Shown here: piece after piece, positions 8,677 to 17,312 of the stretch
Layout of the letters: each line of letters begins with the position of its first letter
Position numbering within the stretch: position 1 is the stretch's first letter
From: Planctomycetes bacterium UBA4800
Lineage (GTDB): Bacteria > Planctomycetota > UBA8108 > UBA8890 > UBA8898
Assembly (NCBI GenBank): GCA_002402755.1
Contig: DHGK01000125.1
Span: 7,822 to 46,420 of the forward strand
Reading direction: 5' to 3'
DNA: 38,599 nt
The notes under the pieces: model-generated
What the model was told of the DNA's origin: nothing
Database searches by the model: none
Seen by the model: only the letters and a program-made list of their open reading frames with translations
Program-made: the position numbers and the translations under genes

Positions 8677-9912
8677 ATGGCGTCGGTTAAGGAGCAACTT
8701 TCAGCCCACTGCGACAAGCTGGCGTTCGGCATCGTGGCGGTCATGGTGATCGCCATGATCGCCGTCACCTGGACGGGCGAGGACAAGATCTCGATCAGCC
8801 AGGACCGGATCGTGCAACACCTCAAGGCCATCGACGATCACAAGAAGGATGCGGAGCTGCTGCCCCCCGCGGAACCCCTCGATCCGAGGACGGACATCGC
8901 ACGGCGTTCGTCCAGGGCCTCGATCCCGAAGGATGCGTGGACGCCCTTCGCCATGGATGTCCAGCCTGCGGTCGTGCGCATCTACAGCAGGGCGGCGACG
9001 TTCGACTCCGTGCACGGGGAGCCGGCGATCACGAGCGTCGCCATAACCCGCGACGCGGAGAAGAAGAAGCCCGTCATCACGGTGACCTTCCGGTTCGGCG
9101 AGCTGATCGAGGTCGGCGACGCGGCGGCGCGCGTTGAGCGCCGGGCCGCCGGCACGACCGCGTGGCGGGTCGTCGCGACGATTCCGCATGCGGAGGGCAC
9201 GGACGTCTACACGTGCGTCGACGCCGATGTGGAGGCGGGCGCGAGCTACATGTACAAGGTGACGTCCACGGCGACTCGGCTGAAGTCGAAGTGGCGGGCG
9301 GATTCGGGCCCCACGAAGACGTGCAGGGAGCCGGCGCCGCCCGAGGCCGACCTCGGCAGCTACGCGGTTCCCGCGGACCTGCGGATGATGTTCGTCCAGG
9401 GGAAGGTCACCGACCTGTCCGGCCCGGGAGAGGGGTACTTCAACGTCGAGGCGTACGAGTACGCGGCGGGCGCGTCCGTCGTCGAGCGCATGATCAAGCG
9501 CGATGAGGTGCTCGGCCTGAACCGGAAGCCGGATGCCGCGAAGGATCTCCTTCCGCGCACGAGGTACTACCTGAACGTCGTCAAGCAGGGGGAGAAGGGC
9601 CTCGTGGCGGTGCTGAAAGACATCGACACGCGCAGGGAGATCCAGCTTCCGCAGGGCTCCTGGGTGCCGGGGTCGATCGAGTGCCCCAAGGCCTGGGAGG
9701 CGGCGGCCCCGCCGCCGCCGGCGGCGGAGGATGAGACCATCGCGCCGGAGGACGCGCCTCCGGCGGAGGCGGCGCCCGCGCCGCCGGAGTCCGAACCGGC
9801 GGCGCCCGACGAGCCCCCGGCCGAGGAAGAAACCGATCCCAAGGACGAACCGTCGGAGGATGAAGCAGGTGGGGCCGCCGAGGGCGATGCCGGCGGCGGT
9901 CCGTTCAAGTAG
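8677..9912 (+). CDS. Bitopic membrane protein with FN3-like beta-sandwich and PilP/GspC-HR-like segment, acidic Pro/Ala/Glu tail
   Basis: GAGGAG lies 5 nt upstream of the ATG. TM helix LAFGIVAVMVIAMIAVTW. FN3-like signature ...VITVTFRF...WRVVATIP...YTCVDADVEAGASYMYKVTS. A later beta-rich segment reads YYLNVVKQGEKGLVAVLKDIDTRREIQL. The roughly 70-aa C-terminal tail reads AAEDETIAPEDAPPAEAAPAPPESEPAAPDEPPAEEETDPKDEPSEDE. The PilP-like role is inferred from position. Confidence 0.55.
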   Translation: MASVKEQLSAHCDKLAFGIVAVMVIAMIAVTWTGEDKISISQDRIVQHLKAIDDHKKDAELLPPAEPLDPRTDIARRSSRASIPKDAWTPFAMDVQPAVVRIYSRAATFDSVHGEPAITSVAITRDAEKKKPVITVTFRFGELIEVGDAAARVERRAAGTTAWRVVATIPHAEGTDVYTCVDADVEAGASYMYKVTSTATRLKSKWRADSGPTKTCREPAPPEADLGSYAVPADLRMMFVQGKVTDLSGPGEGYFNVEAYEYAAGASVVERMIKRDEVLGLNRKPDAAKDLLPRTRYYLNVVKQGEKGLVAVLKDIDTRREIQLPQGSWVPGSIECPKAWEAAAPPPPAAEDETIAPEDAPPAEAAPAPPESEPAAPDEPPAEEETDPKDEPSEDEAGGAAEGDAGGGPFK

Positions 9913-9921
9913 AAGGAGAGC

Positions 9922-12528
9922 GTGCCTGTGTTGCAGACGAGGATGACAGCAGCGTGGCATGGGCTTTTGGGGCGCGTGTCCCGGAGAGAGGTTGCGACGA
10001 TGAACGCACATGAGCATCTGGGCGGAGGGAGGTTCTCCCGGACCGGCGGGAGGACGATCGCGCTGGCAGTGGCGGCGCTGCTTGCCTGGGGCGCCGCGGC
10101 GCAGGCGGCGGCGGCCGAGCCTTCGGCGCCCGGCGGCGTTGCGGCGGCGGGCGCGGAGGCCGCGCTCGCGTTCGAGGTGCGCCAGGAAACCGCCCGCGCG
10201 CTCCTGAAGGAGGCTCGCGCGTTGAAGGATGAGCTGCGGTACGGCGAGGCCGAGAAGAAGCTCGAGCAGGCGCTCAGGTACGATCCGGCGCTGACCGATG
10301 CGCAGGTCGAGCTGGATTCCGTGCGGTTCCTCCTGGGACGGCTCGTCGGCGAGCGGGCGGAGACGATCGGCAAGATCCGGGACGATCAGATGCTGCTCGT
10401 CGAGCAGGCGCAGGCGCAGCTCAAGCGGCTCTTCGCCGATGGCGAGGCCTTGATGGCGCAGAAGAAGTACGAGCAGGCCCTCGAGAAGTTCTCCCGCGCC
10501 GTGGAGATCGACAGCTACTACCCCTGGAGCCTCAACATGCCCGAGCTGGTCAAGGCCGCGCGCGTGCAGATCGATACGTGCACGCGCCTGCTGGCGGACC
10601 AGAAGGCCGAGGAGCGGCGGCAGATCGAGGCCGAGCTCCGGGCCCGCGCCGAGGGCGACCGCGTGCGGGAGGTCAAGTACACCGAGACCCGCATCAGGCT
10701 GTACAAGACCCAGGCCGAGGAGGCGCTCCTGGAGAGCAGGTTCGACAAGGCCGAGCAGCATGCGCTGCAAGTGCTCGAGCTCGATCCCCGAAACGCCGAC
10801 GCGCAGTCGATCCGCGCGCGGGCGAGGTATCTCCGGCACCTGTTCGCCAGGGACCGAATCGAGCGCGAGACCCGCAGGAACTGGGATCTGGTGCTGCGCG
10901 GCATCCTGGAGACGACGGTGTCCTACCACCACATCTTCCAGTTCCCGCCGCGGAAGGTCTGGGAGAAGCTGGGCGAGGAGCGCATCTCGCTGGAGGAGCA
11001 GGTCGCGGCCGAGGAGCCCATCGCGAACCGCGACGTGCGCAGAATCCTGGAGACGACCAAGATCCAGCGGATCAGCTTCGAGGACCGGCCGCTCCACGAG
11101 GTGCTCGACTACCTGAGCCAGATCGCGGGCGTCAGCTTCGTGCCGAACAAGTCCGCGCGCGAGGCCATGGAGTCCGATGATCTCAAGGTCAACCTGCCGG
11201 AAGTCCAGAGCCTCATGCTCAAGAACGTGCTCGACATCGTGCTGGAGGCCGTCGGCGAGGGCTACGGCTACCAGATTCAGAACGGCGCCGTCATCATCGG
11301 GCCGAGGAGCTCGCTCGCCGAGAAGATGCACCTGGCCTTCTACTCGGTCGAGGACATCGCCAACCAGCATCCGGACTATCCGGCGCCGCCCATGTCCGTC
11401 AACCTGACGGGCGGGCAGGACCAGGGCGGGAGCGTCCTCCTGGATATCGCGGATACGGCGGACACGACCAAGACCGGACTGCCCGGCGAGCAGCTCCTGG
11501 AGCTGATTCGCAAGCGCATCTTCGTCGACGATGAAAAGAACGGCACGGTCGAGATGCAGACCGGCAAGCTCGTCGTCAGGACGTCGCTGGAGAACCATCG
11601 CAAGATCAACGAACTGCTGGAGAGCCTGCGCAAGCTGTCCGGCGTGCTCGTCGCGAGCGAGGCGCGCTTCATCGACATCCAGGACAACATGCTGGAGGAG
11701 ATCGGCGTGAACATCGGCGGGACGGTCGAGAGCGCCCTGGAGTATCCGATCCCCGACGTGAACGGCCTGGGCACCTCGGTGGCATCCGGGTACGTGTTCC
11801 TCGACCGGCGCATGCGGTACGAGTCGCGCGCCGCGAACATCTCCGACTACAGCGGCGTCATGGGCACCGAGATCACGCCGTTCAACATCACGGCCCAGGG
11901 CGGCATGGCGCTGCAGTGGAACGTGCTGGAGGACTACCAGCTCGAGGCCATCCTCACCATGGTCCAGAAGAAGCAGAAGACGCGCTCGCTGGATGCGCCG
12001 CGCGTGCTCGCGTTCGATTCGCAGACGGCGCACACCATGGTGATCGACCAGATCGCGTACATCAAGGACGTCGATGTCAATCAGACCGGCGTCAGCCCCG
12101 TGATCAACCCGCTGATCGGGTCGTTCCGCGTGGGGTCGCTGCTCGAGATCCGCCCCACGGTCACGCACGACCGCAAGTTCGTCATCCTGGAGGTCAAGCC
12201 GACGACGGCCAAGCACATCGATTCGAAGTACGCGGACCTGAGCCTCGCCCAGGGCTACACCATGGTGCAGGTCGAGCTGCCCGTGATCCTGCTCTCGCGG
12301 ATCCAGACGACGATCACGATTCCGGACGGCGGATCCGTGCTCGTCGGCGGCTTGAAGAAGGTGATCGAGCAGGACAAGAGCATCAGCGTCCCGATCATCC
12401 AGCGGATCCCGATCCTCAACATAATGTTCGGCCGGCAGGGCCAGTCGCGGCTCCGCAACAGCCTGTTCGTGATGATCAAGGCGGACATCGTGATCGTGAA
12501 GGAAGAGGAGAAGCTCAACTTCCCGTAG
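9922..12528 (+). CDS. Secretin (GspD/PilQ family) with N-terminal TPR-like region, paralogue 1
   Basis: C-terminal secretin core: ARFIDIQDNMLEEIGVNIGG ... ITIPDGGSVLVGGLKKVIEQDKSISVPIIQRIPILNIMFGRQ...LFVMIKADIV. N0-like domain: IQRISFEDRPLHEVLDYLSQIAGVSFV...GYGYQIQNGAVIIGP. TPR-like units: YGEAEKKLEQALRYDPALTDAQ, KKYEQALEKFSRAVEID and SRFDKAEQHALQVLELDPRNADAQ. Signal peptide: RTIALAVAALLAWGAAAQAAAAEP. The start is uncertain: GTG 9922, GTG 9928 or ATG 9991. Confidence 0.9.
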   Translation: MPVLQTRMTAAWHGLLGRVSRREVATMNAHEHLGGGRFSRTGGRTIALAVAALLAWGAAAQAAAAEPSAPGGVAAAGAEAALAFEVRQETARALLKEARALKDELRYGEAEKKLEQALRYDPALTDAQVELDSVRFLLGRLVGERAETIGKIRDDQMLLVEQAQAQLKRLFADGEALMAQKKYEQALEKFSRAVEIDSYYPWSLNMPELVKAARVQIDTCTRLLADQKAEERRQIEAELRARAEGDRVREVKYTETRIRLYKTQAEEALLESRFDKAEQHALQVLELDPRNADAQSIRARARYLRHLFARDRIERETRRNWDLVLRGILETTVSYHHIFQFPPRKVWEKLGEERISLEEQVAAEEPIANRDVRRILETTKIQRISFEDRPLHEVLDYLSQIAGVSFVPNKSAREAMESDDLKVNLPEVQSLMLKNVLDIVLEAVGEGYGYQIQNGAVIIGPRSSLAEKMHLAFYSVEDIANQHPDYPAPPMSVNLTGGQDQGGSVLLDIADTADTTKTGLPGEQLLELIRKRIFVDDEKNGTVEMQTGKLVVRTSLENHRKINELLESLRKLSGVLVASEARFIDIQDNMLEEIGVNIGGTVESALEYPIPDVNGLGTSVASGYVFLDRRMRYESRAANISDYSGVMGTEITPFNITAQGGMALQWNVLEDYQLEAILTMVQKKQKTRSLDAPRVLAFDSQTAHTMVIDQIAYIKDVDVNQTGVSPVINPLIGSFRVGSLLEIRPTVTHDRKFVILEVKPTTAKHIDSKYADLSLAQGYTMVQVELPVILLSRIQTTITIPDGGSVLVGGLKKVIEQDKSISVPIIQRIPILNIMFGRQGQSRLRNSLFVMIKADIVIVKEEEKLNFP

Positions 12529-12655
12529 ACGGGACTTCAGGAGAACGCAGGGAGGAACGAGGCGGCGCCGCGGCGCGCGGACGCGGATTCCCGCGGGGCG
12601 CGCCGGCCGCAGCGAGGAGCATATGAGCGGACGAAGCAATCCAAAGGAGACGGGC

Positions 12656-15328
12656 ATGAGAAGGATCACTTCCGTTCTTGCGATCGGAGCACTCGTCGCG
12701 GCGGCCGGTTGCATGCAGCCGCAGAGGACGCGGCCGGCGCAGGCCGACGCCCCGACGAGATCATCGCAGCTCCGGGAGATCGACGAGCTGGAGCGCGCGA
12801 TGGAGATCGACGCGGCCGTGACGACGTCCGACGCGGCCCCGGCGCCGGACGCGGCTCCCATGCCCGCGCCGGCCCCGGCCGGGACGCTCCGGGCGGCCGA
12901 GGCCGCGGTCGCCGGGGCGGCCGATGAGAAGAAGAGCCTCAACCGCCAGATTGCAGCCGACTACATCGCGCGCGGCGACAAGAAGCGCGAGGGCGCGGAT
13001 TACCAGGCCGCGGCGGCGCTGTACGAGCAGGCGGTGAAGGCGGACGCGGAGAACGTCGAGGCGCGCGAGAAGCTGCGTCTGTCCGAGATGATGCTCGGCA
13101 AGCGCGACGCGTCCGTCGCGGCGGTCATGCAGGAGTGGAGCGCCGAGATGAACGTCGAGCGCGAGGCGCGCCTGAACGAGGTCGACCGCCTCATCGAGGA
13201 ATCCCTGAAGGCCATGACGGAGTACCGGCTCCAGGAAGCCCAGTTGATGCTCCAGCAGGCGAAAGCCCGGCTGGCGCTGTTCGAGGCCTCGACCGAGACG
13301 CAGGGCCGCCAGGCGCGCCTGGAGAACCTCCTGGTCCAGGCGAACGATCTCCTGCGGCGGCGCGCGGTCGAGACCCGCGAGCAGCAGGAAGCGGCGATCC
13401 GCACGGCGATCGAGAAGGACGCGGCGTTCCGCGACGAGCAGAAGAAGGAGCGGATCAGGGTGCTGGTCGAGGCCGCGAGCGAGGCCTACCGCCTGCAGGA
13501 TTACGCGCAGTGCGTGCAGATCTGCGAGGTCGTCCTGAAGGAGAATCCGCGCCAGATCCAGGCGCGCGCGCTCCTGAAGAAGTCCAGGGACATGGAGAAG
13601 TCCCTCTGGGAGCGGGAGCACGACGCGGCGCTCAAGGAGCACTCGAAGCTGACGTGGGAAGGGCTCGAGGATGCGGCCAAGCCGCCGTCGACCGCCTTCG
13701 AGTTCCCCGGCGAGGAGCGCTGGAACATCGTCAGGAAGCGCGAGGCCGATGTGCAGATCGGCATGATCGAGGAGTCCGAGGAGGTCAAGGAGATCAAGCG
13801 GCGCCTGGCGACCGCGCGGATCACGATCGACTTCGACAACAAGCCGCTCGCGGACGCCATCGACTACATCAAGAAGATCACCCAGATCAACATTCACATC
13901 GACAAGGACGTGGACCCCGAGGAGACGAAGGTCAAGCTCAACCTGACGCAGGTGAAGCTCCAGGATGCCCTCGAACTGATGATGCTGAACACGGGGCTGG
14001 CGTACACCTTCAGGAACAACGTCCTGACGATCACGGTGCCCGAGAAGGCCCGGGGCCTCGTTATCCTGAAGATCTACACGGTGACGGACATCCTGAGCAG
14101 GATCAGGGATTTCCCCGGCCCGAAGCTGGAGATCACGACTCCCGACGAGGAGACCGAATCCGGCGGCGGCCCCGGCGGCACCGGCTTCCAGTTCGAAGAG
14201 GGCGAGGAATCCAAGACGCTCGAGCCCGAGCAGCTCCAGAAGCTGGTGCAGGAGAGCACGGGCGGCCAGGACGTCTGGGACGGGGAGATCAACCGCATCC
14301 AGGTGCACCGCGGACAACTGCTCGTCGAGGCGAGCCCCGAACTGCACGCGAGGGTGGCCCGCGTGCTCGATGAGCTGCGCCAGGACGCCGACCTCTTCGT
14401 GGTCGTCAAGGCGCGGTTCGTCGACATCACGAACGATTTTCTGGAGGACATCGGCGTCGACTACCGCAATCTCAGCCAGCGCAACACGCCGTGGCGCAGC
14501 ACGTACAGCGGGCGCATCCACGACAGCCGGACGGGCGGGCAGGATCCGGGCTTCACCGACGCGCTGGGCGTGGAGAATCCGGAGCTGGTCGGGCGCATGC
14601 AGAACACCCTCGACGGCTACGCGAGCCTGATCCGCGGCGACCGCGTCTTCGGCGGCCCCGGCGGGCTGAGCGGCCTGAGCCTGCAGTTCATGATGGTCGA
14701 TCCGTACCAGATCAACGCGATCGTGCGCGCGGTCCAGGAGGAGAGCGGCGTCAAGTCGGTGATCGCGCCCGAGGTCACGGCGCACAACGGCCAGCGCGTG
14801 TACGTGTCGGTGATCACGCAGCGCTCGTACATCGCGGACTACGAGCTGGTGTCCGGCGGCACGACGTACACCCTGACGGAAGTCGCGGACCCGATCGTGC
14901 GCGTCAACGAGGAAGGCGTGGTGCTCGATGTGCGGCCGAGCGTGAGCGCGGACCGCAAGTACATCACGATCGATGTCCAGCCGACGCTCGCGACCCTCAT
15001 CGGCGGCGTGATCTCCACCGTGCTCATCAACCTCGGCACGGTCATGGCCGCGGCCATGCAGGTCCCGATCGGGCTGCCGAAGATGTCGATCCAGCGGACG
15101 TGGACGTCGGTCACCGTGCCGGACGGCGGCACGGTGCTCCTGGGCGGCTTCCGGAGCCTGGAGGAGCGCAAGTACCATTCCTCGATCCCGATCCTCGGGG
15201 ATATCCCGGTGCTGAACCTGCTCGTGAGCCGCAAGGCCGAGCTGCGGGAGAAACGCAGCCTGATCATCCTGCTGACGGCGAAGCTGGTCGACCTCCGGCA
15301 GGAGGAAATCGAGCGCTTCGGCCAGTAG
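12656..15328 (+). CDS. Secretin (GspD/PilQ family) with lipoprotein signal and N-terminal TPR-like region, paralogue 2 (putative liposecretin)
   Basis: AAGGAG lies 6 nt upstream of the ATG at 12656. MRRITSVLAIGALVAAAGC is a signal peptide with a lipobox. TPR-like units: GADYQAAAALYEQAVKADAENVEAREKL and YRLQDYAQCVQICEVVLKENPRQIQARALL. N0-like domain: ITIDFDNKPLADAIDYIKKITQINIHID...GLAYTFRNNVLTITVP. Secretin core: ARFVDITNDFLEDIGVDYRN ... VTVPDGGTVLLGGFRSLEERKYHSSIPILGDIPVLNLLVSRK...LIILLTAKLV. It is collinear with paralogue 1. Confidence 0.9.
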   Translation: MRRITSVLAIGALVAAAGCMQPQRTRPAQADAPTRSSQLREIDELERAMEIDAAVTTSDAAPAPDAAPMPAPAPAGTLRAAEAAVAGAADEKKSLNRQIAADYIARGDKKREGADYQAAAALYEQAVKADAENVEAREKLRLSEMMLGKRDASVAAVMQEWSAEMNVEREARLNEVDRLIEESLKAMTEYRLQEAQLMLQQAKARLALFEASTETQGRQARLENLLVQANDLLRRRAVETREQQEAAIRTAIEKDAAFRDEQKKERIRVLVEAASEAYRLQDYAQCVQICEVVLKENPRQIQARALLKKSRDMEKSLWEREHDAALKEHSKLTWEGLEDAAKPPSTAFEFPGEERWNIVRKREADVQIGMIEESEEVKEIKRRLATARITIDFDNKPLADAIDYIKKITQINIHIDKDVDPEETKVKLNLTQVKLQDALELMMLNTGLAYTFRNNVLTITVPEKARGLVILKIYTVTDILSRIRDFPGPKLEITTPDEETESGGGPGGTGFQFEEGEESKTLEPEQLQKLVQESTGGQDVWDGEINRIQVHRGQLLVEASPELHARVARVLDELRQDADLFVVVKARFVDITNDFLEDIGVDYRNLSQRNTPWRSTYSGRIHDSRTGGQDPGFTDALGVENPELVGRMQNTLDGYASLIRGDRVFGGPGGLSGLSLQFMMVDPYQINAIVRAVQEESGVKSVIAPEVTAHNGQRVYVSVITQRSYIADYELVSGGTTYTLTEVADPIVRVNEEGVVLDVRPSVSADRKYITIDVQPTLATLIGGVISTVLINLGTVMAAAMQVPIGLPKMSIQRTWTSVTVPDGGTVLLGGFRSLEERKYHSSIPILGDIPVLNLLVSRKAELREKRSLIILLTAKLVDLRQEEIERFGQ

Positions 15329-15352
15329 CGCGCCGCGCGCGCGGCCGATATC

Positions 15353-15391
15353 ATCCGGGGAGGCGTTCGCGCCTCCCCGGATGTTTTTGTT
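15353..15391 (+). terminator. Rho-independent terminator (13-bp GC-rich stem, UUCG loop, T-tract)
   Basis: atccggggaggcg (15353-15365), ttcg loop, cgcctccccggat (15370-15382), then gtttttgtt. The 13 base pairs are perfect. It begins 25 nt after the second secretin stop. Confidence 0.9.
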
Positions 15392-15430
15392 GCCGGCGCG
15401 GGTGCGGCCGCCGGCGCCGCCGATGAGGAG

Positions 15431-16231
15431 ATGCCCGTGTCCACGCTGCGCGCGATCTTCTTCGACCTGGACGATACGCTGTACTCGACGAGCGAGTTCG
15501 CCGAGCGCGCGCGGCGGAACAGCGTCGAGGCCATGATCAAGATGGGGCTGCGCGCCGACCCCGCCGTGCTCGCCGCGGAGCTCGGCGAGGTCGTCGAGGA
15601 GTTCTCGTCGAACTACGAGCGCCACTTCGACCAACTGCTCCGGCGGCTGCCCCGGCGCCTGTACCGCGGCGTGAATCCCGCGATCATCGTCGCGGCCGGC
15701 GTGGCGGCGTACCACGACACGAAGTTCCGGTATCTGTGCCCGTACGAGGACGCGTACGAGGCGCTGCGGGAGCTGGCGCGGACCGAGCTCGTCCGCGGCG
15801 TGATCACCGCGGGCCTCGCCGTCAAGCAGGCCGAGAAGCTCGTGCGCCTGCGCATCGCGCCGTTGCTGTCGCCCGGGGCCATCTTCATCTCCGACCAGCT
15901 CGGCGTCAACAAGCCGAACGTGAAGATGTACCAGCGCGCGTGCTCGGACCTGAATCTCAAGCCGGCGGAGACGATGTACGTCGGCGACAACGCGGCGATG
16001 GATATCGATCCCCCCAAGCGCATCGGAATGCAGACGGTCCATGTCGTCCGCGGCGGCAAGCACGCCGGCGAGGGCGCGGAGTGCGCGCCGGACTGGACGG
16101 TCGGCAACTTCTGGGAGCTTCTCGACGTGCTCCGCGATCACCTGGGGGTGGCGATGCCCCCGCGTACGGCCGAGGGCGGCCCCGAGCAGCATGCACACCA
16201 GGCTTCTGGTACTGACCGCGGCGTGGCCTAG
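15431..16231 (+). CDS. HAD-superfamily hydrolase (subfamily IA-like phosphatase)
   Basis: Motif I IFFDLDDTLY. Motif IV-like YVGDNAAMDIDPPKRIGMQTV. The GTG at 15437 (GAGGAG 6 nt upstream) is an alternative start. The 3' end overlaps the next gene by 41 nt. Confidence 0.85.
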   Translation: MPVSTLRAIFFDLDDTLYSTSEFAERARRNSVEAMIKMGLRADPAVLAAELGEVVEEFSSNYERHFDQLLRRLPRRLYRGVNPAIIVAAGVAAYHDTKFRYLCPYEDAYEALRELARTELVRGVITAGLAVKQAEKLVRLRIAPLLSPGAIFISDQLGVNKPNVKMYQRACSDLNLKPAETMYVGDNAAMDIDPPKRIGMQTVHVVRGGKHAGEGAECAPDWTVGNFWELLDVLRDHLGVAMPPRTAEGGPEQHAHQASGTDRGVA

Positions 16232-17312
16232 CCGGCGGTTCCCGCGCACGGGCGGGTTCATCCGCATTCTCACGGATGGAATGCGCGAGGAGGGCTTCGA
16301 TGTCCGCGTCGTTGCGCCCGGCGCGCGCGGGGGGGCCGAGAGCGCCGCCGGCTTTCCCGTGCCGGCCGTGCGGCTCAAGACCGCCGCGCCGTCCCGCGTG
16401 CTGCAGTTCCTGTACATCGTGTCCGCCGCGAGCGCGTGCGTGCGCGAGGGATGCCGCCGGCGGCCCGATGCGCTGCTCGTCCACTGGGTGCTGCCGGCCG
16501 GACCGGCGGCGCTGTGGGCGGCGCGGAAGCTCGGGATTCCGCTGTTCGCCTGGGCCCACGGGTCGGACCTGGAAGTGTACGCCGCCCGCGGCGGCATCAT
16601 GCGTGCGGCGGCGCGGGCCGTCGTGCGCGGCGCCTCGGGCGTGTTCGCGGCGTCGGGGAGCCTGTGTCGAAGAGCGGCTGCGCTCGGCGCCGCCGCCGTC
16701 GCGCACCTTCCCGTGGGGGTTGCGTCCGTGTTCAAGGACGCGCCGCCGGCGCCGCGCCCCGCCGGTCCCTTCACGATCCTGTTCTGCGGCGACTTCATCC
16801 CCGAGAAGGGCGTGCGCGAGCTTGTCGCCGCGCGGAGGCTGCTGGGGCCCGGCCGGCCCGCGCGGTGGGTGTGCGCCGGCGCCGGGCCGCTCGGACCGGC
16901 GCTCGCGCGCGCCGGCTTCGATGTCCGCGGGGCCCTGGACGCGGCCGATGTGGCGGCACTGATGGATGCAAGCCGCGTGCTCGTCCTGCCGAGCAGGTCC
17001 GAAGGAACCCCGCTCGTCATCCAGGAGGCGCTCTGCCGGGGGCTTCCGGTGATCGCATCTTCGGTGGGAGGCGTCGGGGAGGTGGTGCGGCCGGGCCGCG
17101 AGGGGCTGCTGCTCGCGCCGCCCGTGCGCGGGCGGACGCTGGCGCGGGCGATCGCGGAGCTGTACGATACGCCCTCGCTGTGCGACACGCTGGCCGCGTA
17201 CGCGCGCGCACGAGGCGCCGAGGTGCGGACGGCGCGGGAGACCGCGGCGTCGTTTCGGCGCACGCTCGCGGCCTGGGAATGCGCCCGAGGAGGCCCGCCA
17301 TCGACGCCGTGA
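16191..17312 (+). CDS. Glycosyltransferase, GT4 family (GT-B fold)
   Basis: N-terminus TRLLVLTAAWPSRRFPRTGGFIRIL...EGFDVRVV. C-terminal EX7E motif in LPSRSEGTPLVIQEALCRGLPVIASSVGGVGEVV. The upstream 50 codons of track ORF 16041.. are Arg/Ser-rich read-through of the HAD gene region. Confidence 0.85.
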   Translation: MHTRLLVLTAAWPSRRFPRTGGFIRILTDGMREEGFDVRVVAPGARGGAESAAGFPVPAVRLKTAAPSRVLQFLYIVSAASACVREGCRRRPDALLVHWVLPAGPAALWAARKLGIPLFAWAHGSDLEVYAARGGIMRAAARAVVRGASGVFAASGSLCRRAAALGAAAVAHLPVGVASVFKDAPPAPRPAGPFTILFCGDFIPEKGVRELVAARRLLGPGRPARWVCAGAGPLGPALARAGFDVRGALDAADVAALMDASRVLVLPSRSEGTPLVIQEALCRGLPVIASSVGGVGEVVRPGREGLLLAPPVRGRTLARAIAELYDTPSLCDTLAAYARARGAEVRTARETAASFRRTLAAWECARGGPPSTP

